From Sphingomonadales bacterium (GTDB taxonomy: Bacteria > Pseudomonadota > Alphaproteobacteria > Sphingomonadales > Sphingomonadaceae): a stretch of 57,546 bases of DNA. Below the pieces are notes generated by a model. The model had not been told where the DNA came from, did not search any database, and saw only the letters and a program-made list of their open reading frames with translations. The first letter of the stretch is position 1. Every line of letters begins with the position of its first letter. The stretch covers positions 1 through 57,546 of the forward strand of contig JAIXYC010000042.1 in NCBI GenBank assembly GCA_027490455.1, read 5' to 3'. The position numbers and the translations under genes were made by a program. Below are positions 1-10,026 of this stretch, one piece after another.

Positions 1-1
1 C

Positions 2-1393
2 TTCGGCGTTGGTGTCGGCCTGACCGCCCAAGAGGATTGGATCGTCATTGGTACGGGCGACAATGTGACGAGCGAAGTCCGGCTGGTTCCCGCCAGCGAC
101 CCGACTGCAACGCCAATCATGGTGTCTCCGCGCAAAACGGGACGCCAATATAGCGTCGATGTGCGTGATGGCATGCTGTATGTTTCGACCAACGACGATC
201 ATGTGAACTTCCGCGTCGCCACCGCCAGCATGAAGGCACTGGGTGATTGGAAAACACTGATTGCCGGGTCTGACCGTCACTATTTGACGGGGCTGTCCTT
301 GTTCAAAAATTTCTATGTGACCGAAGGCCGGATTGACGGCCTCGATCAAGTTGAGATTCGCGATTATGCCGATGCCAGCAAGGTGCAGCCGATCAAATTC
401 CCTGAGGCCAGCTATGATGCGGGCCTTGGCGATAACCCCGAATATGATGTGACGAAGTTGCGTCTGGGGTATGAATCGATGGTCACGCCCGACACGGTGT
501 TCGACTATCATTTGGCCGATGGCCGCTTGGAAACATTGAAGGTTCAGGAAATTCCCAGCGGATATGATCCTGCGCAATATGTTACCGAACGCGTGATGAT
601 CACGGCGCGCGATGGTGCCAAGGTGCCGGTGTCTATTCTGACCAAAAAAGGTTTCAAAAAAGACGGCAGCCAGCCGCTGCATCTGTATGCCTATGGCGCC
701 TATGGTTATGCGATGCCGCCCGGCTTTAGCGCCAACCGACTGTCGATGGTCGACCGCGGCTTTGCCTATGCCATCGCGCATATTCGCGGCGGCGACGACC
801 TTGGCTATCAATGGTATCTGGATGGAAAGCTGACCAAGCGGACCAACACGTTCAACGACTTTGTCGATGCGGCCAAGGGCCTGATCGATTTGGGCTTCAC
901 CGGCAAAGGCAAGGTTACCGCAAGTGGCGGTTCGGCTGGCGGCGAATTGATGGGCGCGGTGGTCAATCAGGCACCTGAATTGTTTGGCGCCGTCGTCAGC
1001 CATGTGGCCTTTGTCGATGTGCTCAACACCATGCTCGATAAGGATCTGCCACTGACGCCGGGCGAATGGCCCGAATGGGGCAACCCAATCACCGACAAGG
1101 CTGCATTCGACTATATCCGCAGCTACAGTCCGTATGACAATGTCACTGCAAAGGCCTACCCGCCCATGCTGTGGACCGCTGGATTGAATGACCCGCGCGT
1201 GACCTATTGGGAGCCCGCCAAGATGGTCGCCAAGTTGCGCGATATGAAGACCGACGACAATGTCCTGCTGCTCAAAACCAATATGGGCGCTGGCCATGGC
1301 GGAAAGTCAGGACGGTTTGAACGCTTGCGCGAGAATGCCGAAGAGGCGGCGTTCATCATTTGGCAAATGGGGATGGCATCATCACAAAAGTGA
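2..1393 (+). CDS. ptrB: S9 family oligopeptidase B (5' end outside window)
   Basis: Frame is open from base 2. It has the GGSAGG nucleophile motif, RGG, DPRV and GAGHGG catalytic motifs. Confidence 0.92.
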   Translation, partial: FGVGVGLTAQEDWIVIGTGDNVTSEVRLVPASDPTATPIMVSPRKTGRQYSVDVRDGMLYVSTNDDHVNFRVATASMKALGDWKTLIAGSDRHYLTGLSLFKNFYVTEGRIDGLDQVEIRDYADASKVQPIKFPEASYDAGLGDNPEYDVTKLRLGYESMVTPDTVFDYHLADGRLETLKVQEIPSGYDPAQYVTERVMITARDGAKVPVSILTKKGFKKDGSQPLHLYAYGAYGYAMPPGFSANRLSMVDRGFAYAIAHIRGGDDLGYQWYLDGKLTKRTNTFNDFVDAAKGLIDLGFTGKGKVTASGGSAGGELMGAVVNQAPELFGAVVSHVAFVDVLNTMLDKDLPLTPGEWPEWGNPITDKAAFDYIRSYSPYDNVTAKAYPPMLWTAGLNDPRVTYWEPAKMVAKLRDMKTDDNVLLLKTNMGAGHGGKSGRFERLRENAEEAAFIIWQMGMASSQK

Positions 1394-1791
1394 CCCCTTT
1401 CACGCGCATATTTACCGCGCAACCAGATGACATTGACGAGCTTGGCCACGTCAACAACGCCGTCTGGGTGCAGTGGATTCAGGATATGGCGACATCGCAT
1501 TGGCAGGCGGTGGCCGCACCTGAACATATCGCTGCCTATTTCTGGGTCGTGACGCGGCATGAAATTGATTACCGCGGCAATGTCGGACCCGGCGAGAGCG
1601 TTACCGCCAACACGTGGATCGAAAGCGAACCAAAGGGGGCGCAGTTCGACCGGCGGGTGGATTTTGTCGATGCCGCAGGCAAGGTGATTGTGCGGGCAAA
1701 TACGACTTGGGCGATGATTGATAAGGCCACCGGCCGACTGGTGCGCGTGCGGCCCGAGGTGTCAGCGCCGTTTATGGGCGTTCATCATTAG
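1390..1791 (+). CDS. acyl-CoA thioesterase (4HBT/YbgC hot-dog family)
   Basis: DIDELGHVNNAVW motif. The GTG at 1390 overlaps the ptrB stop (GTGA). Confidence 0.88.
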   Translation: MTPFTRIFTAQPDDIDELGHVNNAVWVQWIQDMATSHWQAVAAPEHIAAYFWVVTRHEIDYRGNVGPGESVTANTWIESEPKGAQFDRRVDFVDAAGKVIVRANTTWAMIDKATGRLVRVRPEVSAPFMGVHH

Positions 1792-1838
1792 CTAGCTCGG
1801 GGCATGAATGCCGGAATATCGATGGAACGATAGGCGGG

Positions 1839-2003
1839 TTAGAAATCGACCGCCACGCCCTTCAATTCCCAATCGCCATAGCGCACGGGGTCCAGTCTTT
1901 CCGCATCTGGTTCAGGTTCGCGATCAACCTTTTTCGGTGCCGGCACAGGCGGGCTTTTCGACAAATAATCGGGTGCTTTGACATGTGAAGGGCGCGTGCC
2001 CAT
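1839..2003 (-). CDS. DUF1674 / SDHAF4-like small protein, 54 aa (absent from ORF track)
   Basis: Translated by hand: MGTRPSHVKAPDYLSK...DPVRYGDWELKGVAVDF. The C-terminal PxRYGDWExKGxxxDF signature is present, with a GAAGGAG RBS upstream. Confidence 0.9.
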   Translation of the reverse strand: MGTRPSHVKAPDYLSKSPPVPAPKKVDREPEPDAERLDPVRYGDWELKGVAVDF

Positions 2004-2140
2004 GAAGCTTCTCCTTCGAAAGCGCGTTCGGTTAAACCCTACATCGGTGCAGATGCGCCGGTTTGCAAGGTGAAGCTTGGCTATGGCGTGACATCGAACC
2101 GCTCTTCCCTTGTTTGGCGCAGACGCCTAGTGCGCTTTGC

Positions 2141-3409
2141 ATGACTGAAGAAATTTCCGGACTTCCGACCCGCCGCGCCGCATTGCGGCTGCTTGATACC
2201 GTCATGCGCATGGGCACACCGATGGATCAGGCGACGGCAAATGCGACCAAAGGGCTCTCGCCGCCGGACCGCGCGCTCGCCATTGCGATTGCGCAAGAAA
2301 CGCTGCGCTGGTCGGTTGATCTGGACCAATTGATTGACAGTAAAACCAAACAGCCACTGCCGGATGATGCCAAGGCACGCATGGTATTGCGGCTGGCGCT
2401 GGCGCAAATATTACGGCTGGGCACACCGGCCCATGCCGCGATTGCGACCGCGCTGCCGCTGGTTGATGGCGGACCACGGCGGCTGGTGCATGGCGTGTTG
2501 GGGTCGCTCTTGCGCGCCGAAGCCACGCTGCCCGATCTGCCGTCGCTGCCAGAGGCAGTGATGATGCGCTGGCATCCGGTATGGGGCGAGGAGATGATTG
2601 CAGGTGCGCAGGCCGCATTGTCAGAACCGCCGCCGCTTGATCTCGCCTTGCGCGATGCGACGGCCACGCAGGCATGGGCAGAACGACTGGGCGGCGTAAG
2701 CCTGATGCCCGGCCATGTCCGCTTACCGCGCGGAACCGCGATCGAAGAATTGGATGGCTATGACGAAGGCGCATGGTGGGTGCAGGATCTCGCTGCCAGC
2801 CTTCCGGCGCGTCTGTTGGGTGATGGGCAGGGCAAAAGGGCGCTCGATTTATGTGCCGCCCCCGGCGGGAAGACCATGCAGCTTTCGGCCGCTGGCTTTA
2901 CCGTGACCGCGCTGGATAACAGTGCCCGGCGCATGGACCGTTTGATGGCCAATCTGGAACGCACGCAATTAAATGCAGAGCGCGTGAATGCCGACGTCAT
3001 GGAATGGAAACCGGCGCAATTGTTTGATGCCATATTGCTGGATGCGCCATGCAGTGCGACGGGCACGATGCGGCGCCATCCCGATGTGCTGCAGCGCATT
3101 GACCTGAAGGCCATCAACAATCTGGCGGCGATTCAAAGCGCCATGCTGGACCGTGCGGCGCAGTGGGTGAAGCCCGGCGGCACCTTGGTCTTCGCGACCT
3201 GTTCGCTCGAACCGCATGAGGGCGAGGCGCAGGCAGAGGCATTTCTTGCGCGGCAGCCGGAATATACAACTTTGGCGGCGACCGCGGACGAATTGCCAGC
3301 GGGCGTCGTTGCCAATGCACATGGCCATGTCCGCACCATGCCCCCGATGCTTGCCGAGCAGGGGGGCCTTGACGGATTTTTCGTGGCGCGGTTCTTGCGG
3401 GCTGGCTAA
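2141..3409 (+). CDS. rsmB: RsmB/NOP family RNA m5C methyltransferase with NusB-like N-terminus
   Basis: DLCAAPGGKT, LLDAPCSATG and ATCSL motifs. ATG 2141 is preferred over the upstream TTG. Confidence 0.9.
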   Translation: MTEEISGLPTRRAALRLLDTVMRMGTPMDQATANATKGLSPPDRALAIAIAQETLRWSVDLDQLIDSKTKQPLPDDAKARMVLRLALAQILRLGTPAHAAIATALPLVDGGPRRLVHGVLGSLLRAEATLPDLPSLPEAVMMRWHPVWGEEMIAGAQAALSEPPPLDLALRDATATQAWAERLGGVSLMPGHVRLPRGTAIEELDGYDEGAWWVQDLAASLPARLLGDGQGKRALDLCAAPGGKTMQLSAAGFTVTALDNSARRMDRLMANLERTQLNAERVNADVMEWKPAQLFDAILLDAPCSATGTMRRHPDVLQRIDLKAINNLAAIQSAMLDRAAQWVKPGGTLVFATCSLEPHEGEAQAEAFLARQPEYTTLAATADELPAGVVANAHGHVRTMPPMLAEQGGLDGFFVARFLRAG

Positions 3410-3423
3410 GGTACAAAAAACAC

Positions 3424-3537
3424 CGAAGCCCTGAGCCGTCAGCGCGTAAGCGCTGGCGAAAAGTCGAAGGGCGGCTATCGTTCGCAAAGCGCCCTTCGAC
3501 GGACGCACCCGCTCAGCGGATGCTGCTCAGGGCTACG
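3424..3537. repeat. branched palindromic intergenic (REP-like) element
   Basis: AGCCCTGAGC (3427-3436) pairs with GCTCAGGGCT (3525-3534). GTCGAAGGGCG (3463-3473) pairs with CGCCCTTCGAC (3490-3500). There are two extra internal hairpins. Confidence 0.75.
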
Positions 3538-3557
3538 CTATGATCGGAGGGTAAGAA

Positions 3558-4088
3558 ATGACAACGCCAACACTCACGACCGAACGCCTCTCGATCGAAC
3601 CCATGACGCTTGCCCATTGGGAAGATTATGCTTCGGCGTGGGCTGACCCGCGTATGACGGCGTTTATTGGCGGCGAGCCGCGCAGTCGCAATACAAGCTG
3701 GATGAAAATGCTTCAGGGTATCGGCATGTGGTCGCTGTTCGGCTATGGCTATTGGGCCTTTGTCGAGCGGGAGAGCGGGCGTTTTGTCGGCAATGGCGGA
3801 CTGGCGCAATTTGAACGCGGCATCAGCGATCTTGAAGGCTTTCCCGAAGCTGGCTGGGCGTTTACGCCCGATGCCTGGGGAAAGGGTTACGCGACCGAAG
3901 CGATGACCGCCATACTTGGCTGGGCAGACGCAACGAACTTGGGCGAAATCCGCTGCATCATCGACCGCGGCAACGCAGCTTCCCATAATGTCGCCGCGAA
4001 GCTTGGTTTTACCAAATTTGCGGAGTCACATGATGTCATCGGTGACCTGTTGGTTTACCGCCGTGAGCCGCGCCAAAGCGTGCGATAA
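3558..4088 (+). CDS. GNAT (RimJ/RimL-type) N-acetyltransferase
   Basis: LTTERL, EAGW, WGKGYATEA and NAASHNVAAKLGF motifs, with a GGAGG RBS. Confidence 0.9.
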   Translation: MTTPTLTTERLSIEPMTLAHWEDYASAWADPRMTAFIGGEPRSRNTSWMKMLQGIGMWSLFGYGYWAFVERESGRFVGNGGLAQFERGISDLEGFPEAGWAFTPDAWGKGYATEAMTAILGWADATNLGEIRCIIDRGNAASHNVAAKLGFTKFAESHDVIGDLLVYRREPRQSVR

Positions 4089-4113
4089 GCTGTGTATAAC
4101 GCGGTCCGCTCGC

Positions 4114-4142
4114 TTGCCCATGCGCGGTCCAACGTCTAAACG
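4114..4142 (+). promoter_or_regulatory. putative sigma70 promoter of rpe (probably leaderless mRNA)
   Basis: TTGCCC-N17-TAAACG, then 6 nt to the ATG, with no SD sequence. Confidence 0.55.
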
Positions 4143-4148
4143 CAAAAT

Positions 4149-4811
4149 ATGACCAGCCCTGTACGCATTGCGCCATCGATTTTGTCCGCCGACTTTGCCC
4201 GATTGGGAGAAGAAGTCCGGGCCATTGATGCCGCCGGATGTGACTGGATTCATGTCGATGTCATGGACGGGCATTTTGTCCCCAACATCACCATCGGCCC
4301 CGCTGTCGTAAAGGCACTTCGCCCACACAGCGCAAAGCCGTTTGATGTGCATTTGATGATTTCGCCCGTCGACCAATATGTGCAGGATTTTGCAGAGGCC
4401 GGCGCGGATATTGTTTCATTCCATCCCGAAGCTGGGCCGCATCCACATCGCACCGTGCAGTTGATCAAGTCGCTGGGTAAAATGGCGGGTATCGTGCTCA
4501 ATCCGCACACGCCGGCCAAAATGCTGGATTATCTGATCGACGACATCGACCTTGTGCTGGTGATGAGCGTGAACCCCGGTTTTGGCGGCCAGAGCTTCAT
4601 TTCAAGCCAGCTGCGCAAAATTGAAGCCATTCGCAAGATGATCGACAAAACAGGCCGCGATATCCGGTTGGAAGTTGACGGCGGCATCACAACACAAACG
4701 GCGCCACTGGCGATTTCGGCAGGGGCGGACACGTTGGTTGCTGGAACCGCGACCTTCAAGGGTGGCGCGGGCCAATATGCGGCCAACATTCTGGCGCTGA
4801 GGGGTGAATGA
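4149..4811 (+). CDS. rpe: ribulose-phosphate 3-epimerase
   Basis: [32 protein letters not shown] and EVDGG motifs. Confidence 0.97.
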   Translation: MTSPVRIAPSILSADFARLGEEVRAIDAAGCDWIHVDVMDGHFVPNITIGPAVVKALRPHSAKPFDVHLMISPVDQYVQDFAEAGADIVSFHPEAGPHPHRTVQLIKSLGKMAGIVLNPHTPAKMLDYLIDDIDLVLVMSVNPGFGGQSFISSQLRKIEAIRKMIDKTGRDIRLEVDGGITTQTAPLAISAGADTLVAGTATFKGGAGQYAANILALRGE

Positions 4812-6526
4812 CCGACGGCGATGAAGACGACAATGGGCAACGGCAAACGGCGTTGATCGTCAGGCCCCAAGGCGCGGGCCAGAATCTATTTGAGCGCCTT
4901 TCTCTCGAATTTTACAAGTTAACATGGCGCACGCCGCTGCATAGCGGCAGGCTCACGGGCAAGGTTCCTATGCGCTTGCTCGCGGTGCCAAACGATCCCC
5001 TGAAGGGAGATGCCGGGCGCGGGCAGGCGCTGCGCATGGGCAAATTCCATTATCAGGGTTTTGAACAAGCGTTCGACGGGTTGGATTATGACAAGCTCGC
5101 GCTTCAGCCGTCGCTGACCGACTATATTCACCGATTTGATTGGCTGCGTGATTTGTCCGCGGCGACCAATCGCGGCGAAGGGGCACCGGTCGCAGCACAG
5201 ATAGCCGATGCATGGTTGCTGGCCAATGGCATGAAAACGCGTGAGCCGGCATGGCGCGTCGACAATTGCGCATGGCGCTTGATGAACATGGCAGCGGGAT
5301 CGCCGTTCCTGCTCAGCAGTGCGGACCCCATTTACCGTGCGCGCGTCATCAATCATTTCGCCCGGGTTGCGCGCCATCTCGATCAAACAGCCCCGCGCGC
5401 ACAAAGCCATTTCGGCAAGACCGTGGGCTGGGCAGGCGTCGTCGCGGCATCGCTTTTGTTGCCAGAGGGCAAGGTGCGCCGCGCCGTTGGCGAGAGCGGC
5501 TTGGCTGAATCGCTGCGGGTGACCATTTTCCCCGACGGCGGCGTGGTGTCGCGTTCACCTGTTCAGCTTATGGAATTGATCGGCCTGCTCAGCCTGCTCA
5601 AGCAATGCTATACGGCGCGCAGCGAGATGGTGCCTGTATTTCTACTTGAAGCGCTCGGGCGGGCCGTGCCAGCGTTGCTTGGCCTCACCCATGCCGATGG
5701 CGGCCTTGGCGCGTGGCAAGGGTCAGCGCATATTGGTGCGGAGCATATCGATGCGCTGGTGGCCGCCAGCGAAGTGCGCGCGCGACCACATCGGCAAGCG
5801 CTCGATTGGGGGTATCAGCGGGTGTCTGCGGGCAAGTCCGTGTTGCTGCTGGATGCAGGTCCCCCGCCGCTCGCGCGTCAGTCCGCGTCAGGATGCGCCT
5901 CAACGCTTGCGTTTGAATTGTCGCACGGTGGGCAGCGGGTCATTGTAAACTGCGGTGGTGCGGCGCTTGTCGGCGCAACGATACCCGCTGCGTTGGCGCG
6001 CGGGCTTCGGACCACGGCGGCGCATTCGACATTATGCGTGAATGACACCAACTCGACGGCCATCCTGCCCGGCGGCCAGCTGGGCAAAGGTGTTATCGAA
6101 GTGGGGCTTGAACGCCGCGATATTGATCAGGCGACGCGTATTGAGGCAAGCCATGACGGTTACGTCCGGACCTTTGGCTATAGTCACACGCGATTGTTGA
6201 TCCTGCGCTCCGATGGCATGGATCTGCGCGGAGAAGACACTTTGCTCCCTCAGGGCAACCCAAAAGAAGGCATGCCGGTCCATGTCCGTTTTCATCTTGG
6301 ACCAGAAATCGAAATCGTCGCTTCCGACAGTCCACAAGCGGTGTTTTTGCGGATGGCCAACGGCAGCAATTGGGCATTTATGGCATCTGACGGTCAATTA
6401 TCTGTGGATGACAGTCTTTGGGTTGACCAAAATGGCCGTCCTCACCCCACCCGCCAACTTGTGATTACCACGGACACTGGTACAGGCGGCGTCACCATCG
6501 GCTGGCAGCTCCGCCATTTAGGATAA
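4808..6526 (+). CDS. heparinase II/III family protein
   Basis: LAFELS...[15 protein letters not shown] and ASHDGY motifs. The rpe-heparinase-purH order is common in Alphaproteobacteria. Confidence 0.82.
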   Translation: MTDGDEDDNGQRQTALIVRPQGAGQNLFERLSLEFYKLTWRTPLHSGRLTGKVPMRLLAVPNDPLKGDAGRGQALRMGKFHYQGFEQAFDGLDYDKLALQPSLTDYIHRFDWLRDLSAATNRGEGAPVAAQIADAWLLANGMKTREPAWRVDNCAWRLMNMAAGSPFLLSSADPIYRARVINHFARVARHLDQTAPRAQSHFGKTVGWAGVVAASLLLPEGKVRRAVGESGLAESLRVTIFPDGGVVSRSPVQLMELIGLLSLLKQCYTARSEMVPVFLLEALGRAVPALLGLTHADGGLGAWQGSAHIGAEHIDALVAASEVRARPHRQALDWGYQRVSAGKSVLLLDAGPPPLARQSASGCASTLAFELSHGGQRVIVNCGGAALVGATIPAALARGLRTTAAHSTLCVNDTNSTAILPGGQLGKGVIEVGLERRDIDQATRIEASHDGYVRTFGYSHTRLLILRSDGMDLRGEDTLLPQGNPKEGMPVHVRFHLGPEIEIVASDSPQAVFLRMANGSNWAFMASDGQLSVDDSLWVDQNGRPHPTRQLVITTDTGTGGVTIGWQLRHLG

Positions 6527-6530
6527 ATTT

Positions 6531-8120
6531 ATGCAAGACGTCGTCATTAAGCGTGCCCTACTGTCCGTTTCGGACAAGGCGGGGCTGGTTGAACTTGGAC
6601 ATGCTTTGGCCGCGCGCCATGTTGAACTGGTCTCCACCGGTGGTACCGCCAAGACGCTGCGTGATGCAGGGCTTCAGGTGAAGGACATTAGCGAGCTTAC
6701 AGGTTTTCCCGAAATGATGGACGGCCGCGTCAAAACGCTGCATCCAAAAGTGCATGGCGGATTGCTTGCGGTTCGCGACAATGCCGAACACGCGGCGTCG
6801 ATGAAGGAACATGACATTGGTGCAATCGACCTTGTCGTCGTGAACCTTTATCCCTTTGCGCAAACCGTGGCGAAGGGCGCGTCGCGGGATGAAATCATCG
6901 AGAATATCGACATTGGTGGACCGTCGATGGTGCGCAGCGCCGCGAAGAACCACGCATATGTTACGATCCTTACCGACCCATCCGATTATGACAATCTGAT
7001 CGCAGAGCTGGAGGAAAGCGGCGGCAAAACAAGCTATGACTTCCGCCGTAAATGTGCGGCCAAAGCTTATTCGGCGACCGCAGCATATGACAGCATGATC
7101 AGCCAATGGTTCGCTTTTGCCGATCAGCAGCAGCTGTTCCCGGATATGCTTGCCGTGAATGGAAATCGCGAAACCGAATTGCGTTATGGCGAAAACCCGC
7201 ATCAGCGCGCGGCACTGTATGTGCCCGTCGGTCCGCATGGATCGGGGATTGCCCAAGCCGAACAGGTGCAGGGCAAAGAGCTATCCTATAATAATTATAA
7301 TGACGCTGATGCGGCGCTTGAACTGGTCAGCGAGTTTCGCGATGGACCGCCGACCGTCGTCATCGTCAAGCATGCCAACCCCTGCGGTGTGGCAACCGGC
7401 GAAACTTTAATCGACGCCTACCGCGCGGCGCTCGAGTGCGACAGCGTGTCGGCATTTGGCGGCATTGTCGCGGTTAACCGCCCGCTCGATGGCGCGACAG
7501 CCGAGGCCATTACCGAAATTTTTACGGAAGTCGTTGCCGCGCCATCGGCGGATGATGCCGCAAAGGCGGTGTTCGCAAAGAAAAAGAATCTGCGGCTTTT
7601 GTTGACAGGCGATCTGCCCGATCCAAAGCGGGGCGGCTTGTCGATTAAGCCGATCACGGGCGGTCTTTTGGTGCAGTCTCGTGATAACGGTCATGTGGCC
7701 GACAGCGATTTCAAGGTTGTGACCAAGCGTGCACCAACGGTGCAGGAACTGGCCGACTGCCGCTTTGCGTGGACCGTGGCCAAGCATGTAAAGTCGAACG
7801 CGATTGTCTATGCCAAGGATGGCGCAACTGCGGGTATTGGCGCAGGCCAAATGAACCGACGCGACAGCGCGCGGATTGCCGCGATTAAGGCAACCGAAGC
7901 CGCCGAAACTTATGGTTGGGCAACGCCACGTACCGTTGGATCTGCCGTCGCCTCAGATGCATTCTTCCCGTTTGCGGACGGCTTGCTGGCCGCCGCTGAG
8001 GCGGGCGCCACAGCAGTCATTCAACCGGGCGGATCGATGCGGGATGACGAAGTGATTGCCGCTGCTGATGCGGCTGGTCTGGCCATGGTCTTCACCGGAA
8101 TGCGCCACTTCCGGCATTGA
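6531..8120 (+). CDS. purH: bifunctional AICAR transformylase/IMP cyclohydrolase
   Basis: [33 protein letters not shown] and C-terminal RHFRH. Confidence 0.98.
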   Translation: MQDVVIKRALLSVSDKAGLVELGHALAARHVELVSTGGTAKTLRDAGLQVKDISELTGFPEMMDGRVKTLHPKVHGGLLAVRDNAEHAASMKEHDIGAIDLVVVNLYPFAQTVAKGASRDEIIENIDIGGPSMVRSAAKNHAYVTILTDPSDYDNLIAELEESGGKTSYDFRRKCAAKAYSATAAYDSMISQWFAFADQQQLFPDMLAVNGNRETELRYGENPHQRAALYVPVGPHGSGIAQAEQVQGKELSYNNYNDADAALELVSEFRDGPPTVVIVKHANPCGVATGETLIDAYRAALECDSVSAFGGIVAVNRPLDGATAEAITEIFTEVVAAPSADDAAKAVFAKKKNLRLLLTGDLPDPKRGGLSIKPITGGLLVQSRDNGHVADSDFKVVTKRAPTVQELADCRFAWTVAKHVKSNAIVYAKDGATAGIGAGQMNRRDSARIAAIKATEAAETYGWATPRTVGSAVASDAFFPFADGLLAAAEAGATAVIQPGGSMRDDEVIAAADAAGLAMVFTGMRHFRH

Positions 8121-8133
8121 TAAAAATAGCGAC

Positions 8134-8206
8134 GCGTCATCCTGAACTTGTTTCAGGATAACGCGCTACATTTGTTTGCTATCCTGAAACAAGTTCAGGA
8201 TGACGC
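8134..8206. repeat. perfect 27-bp inverted repeat (REP/RPE-like) between convergent purH and helicase genes
   Basis: GCGTCATCCTGAACTTGTTTCAGGATA (8134-8160) and its exact reverse complement (8180-8206). Each arm is itself a hairpin. Confidence 0.85.
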
Positions 8207-8218
8207 CCTGGAGTCAAA

Positions 8219-9760
8219 TTACCCAGCGCGCTTCACGGAACCTCTGTAGTTTCCGTTACCGCCCTTTTTAGGACCATAGTTCCGCGCTGGTGCGCCGGGA
8301 TCGCGACGGTTTTCGCTGCGTGCGGCAAATGCACGGTCGGCGGTAGGACGACGGTCACCGCTTGCGGCATTGTCGCTACGTGGACGCGCATCGCGGCTAC
8401 CTTCACGGCTGCCGTCACGTGGTCCGATGGCTGGCTGCCATCCACCTTGTGGTGCATGCGTCCGGTTGCGGGTTTCGCCGTTCAAGCCAGTGCCGCCATT
8501 ATTGCCGCCCAACTTCTTGCCAGCATAGTTGGTACGACCGCCACCGGGTTGACCGCCACCGCGGCCGCCACGGGCCTGTTGCGGTTTCTTGTCGGCAACG
8601 GGGGGTGGTAATGCGGCAACAGCGGCGCGGAAGCCTTCAGGAAGACCAAGCGTCATGGCGCGCACGCCCGTCAGACGCTCAATATCCTTCATATAGCCAC
8701 GCTCATCACCGGCAACGAAGCTCATCGCGATGCCTTCACGGCCGGCGCGCGCGGTACGACCGATGCGGTGCACATATTGTTCAGGCACATTTGGCAGTTC
8801 AAAGTTGAACACATGGCTTACGCCAGGAACGTCAATACCGCGCGCGGCAATATCGGTTGCGACGAGGATTTTGATCTTGCCGTCACGAAATGCCTGCAGC
8901 GCAGCAGTACGCTGGCCCTGGCTTTTGTTGCCGTGAATGGCGGCGGATTGGATGCCCGCACCGGCAAGCCCGCGCACAACGCGGTCAGCGCCATGCTTGG
9001 TGCGCGTAAACACAAGTGCGCGATCAATGTCTTCGCTTTGCAACTTGAGCGTCAGCAAGGTCTGCTTTTCGCGTTGTTCCACAAAAGTCACGAATTGCTC
9101 AACGCGCTCTGCCGTGGTTGCCGCGGGTGCGACCGACACACGCACAGGATTGTTAAGGAAGCGGTTGCCGAGTTCAGCAATCGCCTTTGGCATGGTTGCC
9201 GAAAAGAACAATGTCTGGCGCTGCTTTGGCAGCAATTGGTCAATACGCTTCAATGCGTGGATGAAACCAAGGTCCATCATCTGGTCCGCTTCATCGAGGA
9301 CGAAGATTTCGACGTCCTTCAATGTCACCGCGCGTTGCTCGATCAAATCGATCAGACGGCCAGGAGTCGCGACCAGAATATCAACGCCGCCGGCAAGACG
9401 TTTTTTCTGGCTGAAAATAGGCATGCCGCCAAAGACGCAATCAACTTTGAGGCCAAGGAATTTGCCATAAGTGCGGAAGCTGTCGGCAATCTGTGCCGCA
9501 AGTTCGCGGGTTGGCGACAGCACCAGCATACGGCAGCTATATTGCTGACGCGCTTTTGGCTTTGTTGCGAAATGGTGCAGCGATGGCAAAGCGAACGCTG
9601 CGGTCTTACCGGTTCCGGTCTGCGCGATACCGCACAGATCGCGGCCTTGCAGCAATGGCGGGATCGACTGTTGCTGGATTGGCGTCGGGGTATCATATCC
9701 AGCGGCTTCAAGCGCCTTAAGGATAGGTTGGGCAAGGCCCAGGTCTTGGAAAAAAGACAT
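8219..9760 (-). CDS. rhlE: DEAD-box RNA helicase, RhlE-like, with Gly/Arg-rich disordered C-tail
   Basis: Q motif, AQTGTGKT, PTRELA, DEAD, SAT and HRIGRTAR. Start at ATG 9760 (MSFFQDLGL). Confidence 0.9.
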   Translation of the reverse strand: MSFFQDLGLAQPILKALEAAGYDTPTPIQQQSIPPLLQGRDLCGIAQTGTGKTAAFALPSLHHFATKPKARQQYSCRMLVLSPTRELAAQIADSFRTYGKFLGLKVDCVFGGMPIFSQKKRLAGGVDILVATPGRLIDLIEQRAVTLKDVEIFVLDEADQMMDLGFIHALKRIDQLLPKQRQTLFFSATMPKAIAELGNRFLNNPVRVSVAPAATTAERVEQFVTFVEQREKQTLLTLKLQSEDIDRALVFTRTKHGADRVVRGLAGAGIQSAAIHGNKSQGQRTAALQAFRDGKIKILVATDIAARGIDVPGVSHVFNFELPNVPEQYVHRIGRTARAGREGIAMSFVAGDERGYMKDIERLTGVRAMTLGLPEGFRAAVAALPPPVADKKPQQARGGRGGGQPGGGRTNYAGKKLGGNNGGTGLNGETRNRTHAPQGGWQPAIGPRDGSREGSRDARPRSDNAASGDRRPTADRAFAARSENRRDPGAPARNYGPKKGGNGNYRGSVKRAG

Positions 9761-10026
9761 ATTTATACTTTCAAATAGTCGTCGCAGCCCCATGATGCAG
9801 ATCCTTGAAACAGGACCGCACGGGCGCAACAGCAGGTGTTCGGGAGCAGCTTATGCTGACCCGTTGGAAACAACCCTGCGTGATATGGGAAGCCTCTAAG
9901 CTTACGCATCTTGTTCGATTGGCGAGGCCACTTATTGCGGCCCTCACGCTGCCAATACTGCGGCGGTATCGTCCGCTCGCCTCATGCGCTTGGCGGCCTA
10001 TTGGCTTAATGGGGCAGCAAACGCAA
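9761..10026 (-). promoter_or_regulatory. putative promoter and ~230-nt structured 5' leader of the helicase
   Basis: TTGCGT-N17-CAATAG (10026-9998, minus strand). The leader contains a GCGTGA/TCACGC pairing and a GGCCGC-AATAA-GTGGCC hairpin. Confidence 0.5.
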
